From Gracilinanus agilis (Eukaryota), in the NCBI RefSeq assembly GCF_016433145.1, contig NC_058133.1, positions 33,147,527 to 33,211,526 of the forward strand: a stretch of 64,000 nt of DNA, read 5' to 3'. Numbering within the stretch: the stretch's first letter is position 1; each line of letters starts with the position of its first letter. The position numbers and the translations under genes were made by a program. Shown piece after piece: positions 11,869-22,000 of the stretch. The notes beneath the pieces are model-generated. The model saw only the letters and a program-made list of their open reading frames with translations. It was not told the DNA's origin and ran no database searches.

Positions 11869-11996
11869 CTTGTCCTAAGAAATCCATTCTGTGGGGACTT
11901 CAGTCTATGCAGACAGGACTTGTTCTTGAGTTAGGGGTAATGAGCTTTTCACCTATCCATCCCAGGGAGGGAGTGGCATCAGGAGCCATAAGGCAT

Positions 11997-12002
11997 TTTA
12001 TT
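11997..12002 (-). terminator. MMACHC: Candidate MMACHC polyadenylation signal (AATAAA)
   Basis: TTTATT on +; first canonical hexamer I found downstream of the MMACHC stop on the minus strand (by eye). Confidence 0.5.
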
Positions 12003-13641
12003 TTGGCTGGTGGTTAGGGCCCTAGGATATTAGAACAGCTGGCTGGGGAGGGAGGTTGTCATGAAATATGAAGCATTAAGCTTTGGGGGTGGCAAAAGTG
12101 TCTGCCCTTAAGAAAATCAACAGGCAAGGCCCCAGTAGGTGTTGAGACTGGGACTTCAGGTTAGTGAGAATCCAGGTGGGGAGAACTTCCAGGGGGAGGG
12201 GGAGCACATGGAATGTCTTACACTGGGTCAAGTTTTTTTTGGGGAAGGGCAGGGCAGTTGAGAGTGTCCTGCCCTGGAAGGGAGAGGCCAGTTTATGAAA
12301 GACTTAAGAATAGGATATTGGATGCTGAGAGGGGAGAATGTCATTTGGCCAGACCTGCACTTTACAAAGATGAACTGGACAAGCTGGAGGATGGACACAA
12401 GAAGGATATTGTCTATTCAGGTGTGATGAGGATGTGCACCTGTCTGGCGGCAATGTCCATGGAGAGGAGGACCTATACACAGTGGTTGGCCAACATAGGT
12501 GCCTGGATGGGGACTTGACAGCAGATTAGTTTATGGGTGGGTAAGACAAAATAACCAACACTGACACCAATTTTTAAGAGCTTTGTACAAAGCATATCTT
12601 ATTTGATGCTCAACTGTGAGGTAGATACTATTAGCAGCTTTGTTTTCCAGGACTCAGAAATGAGCTCAGAGAGCTGTAGACCCAACCTCATGTTCTCCTT
12701 TGCCCTATGACCCTGGGATATGGCTGACTCCTGAAGTCAAGGCCCCAGTCATGGATTCCCAAACAATTGGGAGGTTTGCCCCAGGGTCCTTTCCCAGACC
12801 CCACAGAAGACCACTATCCAAGAAAGATCCTTGTCCAGTGACAGTGAAAGTACAGCAGGCACTTGGAGGCCACCAGACAAAATGAGAAATTCTTGCTGAC
12901 TTGGGAAGTTCTCTTATGGATGAGGTATCAATCAGGCCTCATCCTCAAAGAGTTTAGCACACTATCATGACTTCTAGGAAGCTGAAGTGTAGAAATGACC
13001 ATTGATACCTGGAACTGACCAGACCAGTCACCAAAGGAGGAAGAGGAAGGTAGAGGCAGACTGGCCTCCCCCACATAGGGAGAAGGTGAGAATGATGATG
13101 TAGCTAAGGGTCAGGTACTCCAATTGGAGAACCCAGAACCCAGTTTGTTGCAGCCTCTAGTGTTGCTCTGGCTGCTAGAAGCCAGCCCTGTCTCTGAACT
13201 GTGGTCTGGTGAGGCCTGTTCCCAGAGCTCTCTAATATCTAAGATTAAGGAATGGCCTGGCTCCTTCCTGAAATAACTGCTACGAAGCAGGATTCTGGTG
13301 GAGGAATGGGATTAAAATGGTTGGAGAAAGTATAGGCTGATTCCTATTCCTAAAGCATTTTAACCCCTATCCAGGGGAGTCTCCTAGCTCCTCCTGGAGG
13401 AAAAGTAAGCTTGAGCTCATGACCACCACCATCCTTACATACAGGGGAAACCTGAGGATCAATAGTAAAAGGGCTTCAAGGCTCAGGAACACCCTGCCCT
13501 GTGGCGTCCCATCTCCGCAGCTACCAGAATACTTTCCTAGCATCTTTAAGATCAAGTTCTGCCCATCCCTTCTTTGGTCCTCACCCTCCATACCAAAAAC
13601 AAGCCTTGTGCAGCTCAGTTTGGAAAAGGAAGGGGTGTAGA

Positions 13642-16600
13642 CTAGGTCCCCTGTGGTACAGGAGCAAAAATCCTAGGGGCAGCTAGATGCCCGCCCCAGT
13701 TTGGGTCCACTGTCTCTCTGGGATGGTCCCCCAAAGGCTCCAGAGGGTCTGGGGGGGTGTCCTGGAGTAGCCCCAGCAGGTGAAGTCGCTGGGCAGGTGG
13801 GGTAGAGAAGTAGGTCTTTTGCTCTTCAGAGTAGCGTTCCACTGGGACCACGACATCACGGTAAGCCCAGTCTCTCCAGTGGAAGTTAAAGCTCTCCAAC
13901 AGAGCAATGCGTCCCTCTTGGGTGGGCACACAGTCGGGGGGTGCTAGGGGTGGCAGGTCCGGCACCTCTACCCCTGGAAGCAGCACCACCCCCCGGATGG
14001 CAAACCAGCCTCCATAGCGGGGGTGGATGCACACACCAGCTATCTTCTGAAGGAGAGATAGAGAGAGAAGGAACCCTAGAGGCTGAGTCCATGGACCTGA
14101 AGCTCCTCCTCACCCCTGACCCTCACTCCCTGGGGGAGGGAATGGATAATCAGGAAGTCTCCCTTGTCCCAGCTCAAAGTTTTAGTTATGCTATAAGATG
14201 AAGGATCGGAGATGGGCTCCAGGGCCCTAAATCTCAACCCTCAAGAATGTAGCCCAACTTGCTTGAATGCAGGAACCCTTCTACAGCATTCCTGAACTAG
14301 GGGTTGGCTGAGGGTCACTCAGGGGCTGGGCTGGAAATCAGGCCTCCTGACCTCTCTTCCTCTAGCCCAGGTTCTTCCTCTAACCTTGGCTAGTGACAGG
14401 CGTCACTGACGCTCTCAAGGGAATTGATCACTTTAATCTTGAGGGGGACAGAGGACAGTGAGACAGACTTGGGTGAGAGGGAGCTTGGGTTCCTCCCTTT
14501 CAGCAGAGTTGGCTGTGGAATTCTATAGGAGTGATCTTAATAGGATGCCCTTCTCTATTCTCCAGTCCCCAGGGCCTTCCTTTCTGCCCTCCCTGCTCCC
14601 AGTGTGGGCCTCATGGGCCCACCTCACCTACCTTGTTTCCCCAGGGGTCAGACCCCACATCTTGCCGCTGGTAGTAGTAGGCAGCCCCTGCCACATGGGC
14701 AGCTGTCTGAGCCAGGATTTTGGGACGCCGGTTTGGGTGCATGTCATAGTCTGTGATGAAGTCTACCTTCTGCTCTGGAAGGTTCTGGGACAGATAGAGA
14801 TAGAGTCATCCCAGCACAGGTAACAGTCCCCTGACTATCTGCCAGGGAGAAAGATATAGCCCCTCACCTCAGGGAGCCCCTGGTCTGAGGTGAAGGGCTT
14901 GGGTGGTAAAAGGATGTGGTTAGGTGTCTGAGGTTGGCAGTGGGGCTGGGGCCTGGGATGATTTTTGGCTCAGGAGGGAAGTCAAAGGTAGGGAGCTTCC
15001 AGGGTTATGGCTGTGAAATAAGTAGGGCTAGTTGGGGGAGAGGCAGATTTGGTTTGAAGAGGGAGTGGCCAGAAGCAAGGAGGCTGGGCTGGAGGAGGGG
15101 GCCCACCTGACACCTGGAAGGGGACTTAAGAGATCACCTAACTCAGTATCTAGGGAAAGGAAGACATTTCCTTGGAGTATCAGAGGAGGAGGAGCAGAGG
15201 GATTGGCCTTACCTTCTGGAGTTGGGTGAAGTGGTAAGCTACGCACTGGTCCACTGGGTCCTGCAGAGGCTGTAGGTGGGCACTCTGCAGAAAGGGTTTG
15301 AGGGCCCGGTCAAACATGGCAGGTGTGCTGAGGACCACGAAAGCAAGTGTGGGTCCAGGCAGGGGCAGCTGGAAGGCTGGAGGCAGCAATGCATTGTACC
15401 ATCCCACCTGGACAGAGACAGGCAAAGTGGGCTCTCCAGAGATCCACCAGGTCAAACTTTTCCCCATTCCCTTACTCCTCTACTCAGGCTTGGCCATTGA
15501 GGCCTTTACAAGTCCCCATGGACCTCAAGTGATCCTCACTGTAGCCCTCTTCAACGAGGGCAAGGAGAATGTTGCCAATTTGTAGAGGCAAGGAGTCCCA
15601 TCTGCCAATGTGCCAGATCCCAGTGACCTTGGGTCAGTCCCTTCCTCTCTTAAGAGTCTCCTCTGTCACATGACCACAAGCCTTGGAGCACAAGGGGTTG
15701 GACCGCCCACCAGGTCTCAGGTTTCCCAGCCCAGGGCGGGCTCTCTACCTCCCCAGCTGATTGGTTGCTGATCCTCACAGCAGGGGAGCTGGCAGGAAAC
15801 AGCAGAGGGCAGTGACAAGTTAAAGAGAAAGGACCAGTCATGCCTGGAGAGGTCAATAGAGGAGGGACACCCTGTGAGTAAAGTCACAGCTGAGAGGAGG
15901 AGAGAGAGAATGAGCCTTCCAGCAAGGAGCCCCAGGCTAGAGGAATCAATGTCAATATTAAAGTCAGCACTAGGCCTCAGAGCTGCTGCCTTAATGTCAT
16001 GCTTAGGGTCAGTGCCAGGCACCATAGCTGCTTTATAATTGCACTATTTTCTTTGCCTGGAAGCTCTGAATTTGGCCTGATATTCCTAAGAATTTTCAAG
16101 AAGTGACCAGTGAAAGCTATTTTAATTTTTGCCCTCTTCTGTTCTCAGAGATTTGGGCATGATTTCTTGTCCACGTCCTAGTTTTGGTTGTGGTTTTCAG
16201 AGTCTGATGATCTCTTTTTGATCTATTTTTTTAGACCCTTATCTTCCTTCTTAGAACCACAGTTCTAAGGCAGAAGAGAGATAAGGGCTAGGCAATGGGG
16301 GTTAAGTGTGACTTGCTCAGGGTCACACCGCAGGGAAAAGTCTGAGGCCGAATTTGAACCCAGGACCTCCCATCTCTGGGCCTGGCTCTCAATCCATTGA
16401 GTTACCTAGCTGCCTTTCCTGATCTATTTTATATAAAGTACTTTAAGTTTCCTTTCTATTTTGAAAAAAAATTCTCATTGTCTCTATGAAGTCATTTGTT
16501 TGGTCATTTTAAGTTTCAAGGAGTCTGTTGCTTGGGTAAGGTTTTATATCTCCTGTGTTAAGCAGTTAATCTCCTTCCAAGTCTTTCTCCATTGTTCTCA

Positions 16601-18125
16601 TTTTTTTTTCAAATTCTTTTTTCAAGCACTCTCTTTTTAATTATAATTTTTTTCCCACTTTTTAATTTTTTTCTATGAATTCTGATTGGCTTTATAACCA
16701 GACCTTGTTTTTTGATGCTTTGCTTACTGATGTTTTGGAGTCATTCACTGCTGAGTTTGTATCTTTAAGAAACCTATTACTATAATTGTTCTTTATGGTG
16801 GGAACCTTTTTTGCCCATTCTTCCAGCTTTATTTTTCTATTTAGGAGTTTGTGTTAGGGCCAGGTTCTATGAACTTCTGGAGGGAATGTTTGTGTCCTCT
16901 TCATTATTTTTTGGGGTCCTGTACTTGCTTTCTTCTTGTACTAGTTTTTTTATTCAGGCTAGAGATCTGTAAGCTTTCAGTGTACCCAAAGCTACTTGAT
17001 ACTGGGTTAAATCTGATTATTGCCCCCTCATCTGAGCTTTAAAAGCTCCTGACCCCAGTTTGGGTTAGGGCAATACAACTGAACTGCTGGCAGCTGGAGT
17101 TCCAGTAGGTGGTGCCAAGCCTATTAGCTACCTGGAAAGTTCTGCAGGTTCCCAATGGTCTGATTATTCAGGTAATGACTTCAGACCAGGATGGGGGTTG
17201 ACTCTGGGACTCCACTTTAAGGTCAGACACAAACAGCTGCTGCTTGATTCTGTTCCAGCTTTATACCCAGTCCATAGCTTCTAAGAAGCCAGTGATCACT
17301 CTATGCCTTAATCTGCCATCCCTAGGACAGGTGTACTCCTTAGCAATCTGCACCAGATCTGTGATCTAGGTCTGGGGTTTGAGTCATAAAGCTGCCACTT
17401 GGCTCCTGGTCCAGCTCCTTGTAACAGGCCAGGGTCGGATCTAGGACTACTTCTTCCTCTAGTGCCCTGCTGCTCTAGTGCCCTGTCCAGTCAATCATGG
17501 TGCTGGAAGCCTCTGCATGGTATCCTCCTAGCTGGTCCCTGTCTGCAGTCTCCTACGACTGCTGGCCTGGAAGAAAGGCTCACTGTAACTTTTCCTTGGA
17601 TGTTGTCATCTCTGCTCGGTTTAGCGGTTTCCCAGATTTCTGTGGGGAGTAATTGTGGATGAGAACCTCTCCTACCCTGCCTTCCTGGGCAGTCTCCAGG
17701 CTCAGTCCAAAGATCAAGGCCATGCTGGGGGCCACATGTATAGGGCTGTCACCAGATTTTGGGGGGATTGGTGGTCACAGAATGGGAACCATATCTGGGG
17801 GACTCCGTGTTAATGACAGAGGCCCCCGGTGGCCTATACCCTCAGGCGGTCCAGGGTTGTCTCAAGGACAAACGACCTCTGGCTAGACCCAAAGCCGGCC
17901 TGGCTGAGGCCGAAGGGCCATGTGGCCATCAGGAAAACTCCCCTCCCCCCACACTGCCCGCGTGCCCCACAATCTCCCTTCCCCTCCCGCAAACCAAACA
18001 CATGTTTACACAAGCAAGACACGTGCGAGGCTGCGCATGCACACCTGGAAGGGATGCACCTCGAAGCCGAACGGCTCCAGCGCAGTCCGGATCCGGCGCT
18101 CCAGCTCAATCACTCTGGACTCCAT
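13642..18125 (-). CDS. MMACHC: Cobalamin trafficking/processing protein CblC, 277 aa; coding exons 18125-18045, 15407-15213, 14784-14632, 14046-13642
   Basis: Exon lengths 81+195+153+405=834 nt, all GT-AG, phase 0. Translation [39 protein letters not shown]...DPVDQC.../...[24 protein letters not shown].../...[16 protein letters not shown]...[12 protein letters not shown]...[13 protein letters not shown] matches CblC motifs. Confidence 0.97.
16030..17620 (-). mobile_element. Old, decayed L1-like fragment in MMACHC intron 1
   Basis: T-rich degenerate LINE-like sequence interrupted by a younger SINE; family and edges uncertain. Confidence 0.45.
16226..16419 (-). mobile_element. CORE-SINE (SINE1_Mdo-like)
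   Basis: Reverse-complement SINE body; TSD TGATCTATTTT on both sides. Confidence 0.85.
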
Positions 18126-19000
18126 CGCGTCGCGCCGCGTAGCGTCGCGCCGCTGCTAAGCTGCTCCGGACTGGCGCAGTTCGGTCTGCTACTCCCACCT
18201 GGCGCCGGGGGCGGCACGCTCCCGGATAGGAGATACAGTTCATCGCGCAGGCGTGATGGGACAACGGTTTCTCAGTCTGACGCCTAGCGTTTCTCGGCAG
18301 AGTTCGTGGCCGGCGTCGGCGGGTGGGGCGCGCGCACAGCCTTCCGGGAGTCGTAGTTCGGCTGCCTCGCACAGCCCGTTGGGACCGCGGGAGGCGGACT
18401 CAGTGTTCCAGGGGGCCCCGCGGCGGCGCCGGCGCGCCAGGTTTGAATTGGGTGGCGTCGGTGGGGGCGGATCAGGGGCCATGGCTCCGGTATCTGGGGG
18501 CCGGGCCGTGGCGGCTGCGGGCTCTGCGGTTCGGACCTCTCGCTGAGTCCCGTGCTTCTTGAGCCCAGGCCTCAGCGGCGGTCCCGGACCGCCCCCCCGC
18601 CGCCTCTCACTCTGAGCGTCTCGGCCTGGCTCTGGGGCAGGCCCGGCCTGACCCCCGGAAAGTCCTGCGCGACCAGCTCACTGTTGGGGCCAGGCCGGGT
18701 GCCCCTGTCCTACGCCGCTCCCCTGCTGGAGCCCTCGGGCCCCGGCTGCGGCCTGCTGCCCTCAGCCCTGGAGCCGCCGAGCCTCAGATTACCCCCAGGG
18801 TCCGAGGATTCCAAGTGGTCCGAGCAGCTGGACTCACTCCTGCAGGCCACTGATGGCAACGTGGCCCGGATCAAGGTGGGCAGCTCGGGGGTGGGCGTAG
18901 CGGGGAAGCCCCTGTAGTCTTAGACCGCGCCCACCCGGCAGACCCACTTTATTCTGGGAGCGGGTCTGGTTCCCCTGGTTACTGCCCACGCCTAGCCCCG
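17940..19000. promoter_or_regulatory. CpG island / bidirectional promoter shared by MMACHC (-) and CCDC163 (+)
   Basis: Very CpG-rich; MMACHC ATG at 18125 and CCDC163 conserved block from 18816 face away from each other; NRF1-like TGCGCATGC at 18032-18040. Confidence 0.88.
18339..18358 (-). promoter_or_regulatory. ZNF143/THAP11(RONIN)-HCFC1-type ACTAC-TCCC motif overlapping an ETS core
   Basis: Minus strand reads AACTACGACTCCCGGAAGGC; consensus ACTACAnnTCCC with one change; CCGGAAG ETS core adjacent. Confidence 0.7.
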
Positions 19001-22000
19001 CCTCCTAGGGTGGAGCTCGGGATGATCCACGCCTACAAAGTTAGGTTTCGACTCCGAGCAGTCACACCCCCTCCTGGGAAGCGGGAGTTGTCTGTCTTAG
19101 AGGGAAATCTTCACTAGATCTGGCTTACTTGAGCTTTGTCTGCCTTCTGGGAAGTCTAACCATACTCCCCAGGGTGGGCTGGAGTTGGACCGTGCCTGGA
19201 GTGCTCGGCCCTGAGCTGGTCTTGACCCCTCAAGGAGTCTTGAGTTGGAGAGGGGTCTTTTCTGCTGTCCTGCTGCCTTAGTGACCCTATGGTCACAGAG
19301 AGCCTCCTTGTACTATTTCTTGGGGACTCCTAAAGCCCCTTTCCTTGCAGAAGTAAAATGACCTTAGATTGGGGTCTGACCTTCCCAAAGCTTCAGTTCA
19401 CTTGTTCCAACGTCCTTGGTCTAGGCTCTAACCTGCTTTTGGGACTCCTTTTGCTTATCTGTAAGATGAGTTGGACCAGATAGTCTGGAAAGCCCCTGAA
19501 AGCTTTAAAAAAAAAAAAGTGTTTAAAGTGTTTTTAAGGCAGGGGAGGGTGGGGAGAGCTCAAGTCTTGCCCCAAAGAGAAGGATCTGACTGCTGATATT
19601 TGCCCCTTCTTGCTTTTTCCTTCCTGTTTTACAGCAGCATCTCTGCCCCCTTGGGGTCTCTGCAACTGGTGATTGTAAGTGTGTCATCCTCCATCCCTCT
19701 AGCTCTCAGATTTGGGGTTTAGCCTATTCATTCCCTTCCCTCTGGCTCTGACCATTTCCTTCCATCCTCCACCCAAAGGGAATCTGACCATCTCTGGGCC
19801 CTGAGAACTCCATCTTTCTCCAAAGAAAGGAGCTGGTTCATGTGGCCCAGCCTCGGTTTCCCCCTTTGCTTCCTGTAGCAAGTCTGACTCCTTCTGGGCC
19901 CTGGATATCCCATTCTAATCCTGAAGGGGAACTGCCTCGTCATATCTGGGCCCTGGATACCCCCACTGAGGGGAAGACCTGGGATGAAGCCTGTTTTTCC
20001 TTATCGATGTGGGAAGAAATTGCCACTCTTCGAAGCCAGCTCCGGACCCAGGCCCAGGTGCTGTGGGGCATGTATCTATGGGGATGGGGTAGAGGTCCCT
20101 CTTGCACCTCTGGGGCCCAGGAAAACTGTTTTTCTTCCTGGTCTGATCCAGGTGACAGTGCTGATGAGTCAGGCTATCCAGGGCCTGATGGAAGATAGAG
20201 AGCATCAGAAATGTCAGATTGATGATCTAGAAGGTAACCCCTATGATGAAGGGCCCCCACCGCAGACATTCCTACCTGAAGTCCATGGGATTGCCTGCCC
20301 TATGGGATCAGTCCCCACCAAGGGAGAGGGAAGTAGGGATTGTTGGGTAGGGATGACATTTCCACTGCTGCCCAGATGAGCTGGGCCGGCTTCGAGGGAC
20401 CCCTGAAGGGCGAGCAAGGTTGGAGCAACGAGTAGAGGACCTGAACTCAGAGCTGCAGAACCTACGGCGGCAACTCCAAGCCCGTCCAGGGGAGGCCAGT
20501 GTGACTGCTCTCTTGCGACAAGAGCTACAGAATGAGTGAGTACTGATCTCCTGGGACTCCATCACACATGGCTCCTAACTGGCCTATCCCACAGCCTTTC
20601 TCAGGCAGGGTGATGGTACCTTCCAGGGAGTCTCATCTCCATAGATTTTGATGGGGTATTCATACCTGAGTACTTGTTCTCTCCTCTCTGCTGGAGGAGA
20701 AAGATTGGCAGGTGGGTAGTGGGGATGGAGGGGCGGTATCCTCTTCCCTGCATAGCTGTACATAGGAGCCTTGGAATACAGCCTTACTGACCCCCTGACC
20801 CTTCCAGCCGCCAGCTGCTATGGGAGGAATATGAAGCCGTTCAAGGGGAGCTGAAGCTTTTTCGGGACCAACTGGGTGAGCAGGCCTCCCTTTCCAATTC
20901 TCTCACATCTTTTCTCTCCCCTGAGGCCTTTTTGTGGCTTTCAAAATGGTTCTTATGAGTGGTGGGGAGGCAGGAGGTGCTCTGGAACCCCAGCCTTGGC
21001 TGAGAGTCTAACCTGGCCATTTAACTGCCAGAGTGGGGTGGGCAGACCATTTTCCTCTCTAGATCTGAATTTCCTCACCTACAAAATGAGAACATTGGGT
21101 CAGATGAATTTTAGAGGCTCTTCAACCCTAGTCCTAATGATCCTTTCCATCCTGGAGAGAGGATGAGCATGGGGGCACCATTCACTCAGTGAGCTTTAAA
21201 AATTTTTTTTATAAAGCCCTTACCTTCCACCTTAGAATAAATACTGTTCTAAGGCAGAAGTAAGGGCTAGGCAATGGGGGTCAAGTGACTTGCCCAGGAT
21301 CACACATCTAGGAAGTATCTGAAGTCAGATTTGAACCTAGGATCTGGTTTCTCAGCCTGGCTCTCAATCCACTGAACCACCCAGTTTCCCCTCAATGAGC
21401 TTTTATCCAGTGCACCTTGCTGTAGGCACACCTCTGTGATAGGTACTAAGCCAAAGATCAAGTTTATGGATGATTAGGGCTCTGCCCTTTGGCTGCCTAC
21501 AGGCCACTGGAGACACCTAGGCCAGGAACATAGGTAGCTGGCAGTATAGCAGTAAGGACTGACAGGGAAGTGGACTTGAAGGAATTATTTCAGGTGGGAA
21601 AGTCATTCCAGGCATTGGGAACAGACTAAGCAAAGGCCTGATGCCAGAGAGCACAGTATGGGTTCAGGATAGGAAGACCCATGTTTAGACAAGAGTAACA
21701 CCATACCAGTTGAATAAGGTTAAGGGAGGCTTCTGTTACAGCAGTGGAAAATGATCGGAAATGTTGAAATGGTCATTCATCATGAGGACTGTGGGGAGAG
21801 GACAAACCCTCATCTACTTGATTGTGGGATCCTCTGGAGCTCAGTTCCTTCCATCCAACACAAACATGTCAACAGGCATCAAAAAATGGGAGGAGAGAAG
21901 GAAAGGAGAGGAAGAGAGAAAAGAAAAGGGAAGAAGGAGGGGAGAAAGGGGAAAGGAAAGGAAGGAAGGAAGGAAAGGAGAGGACAGAAGGAGAAAAGGG

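Noticed and set aside
17759-18562. Several 80-150 aa ORFs on both strands across the MMACHC/CCDC163 island
   Set aside because: GC-rich artefacts or antisense shadows of MMACHC exon 1; only the specific uORFs listed above were kept
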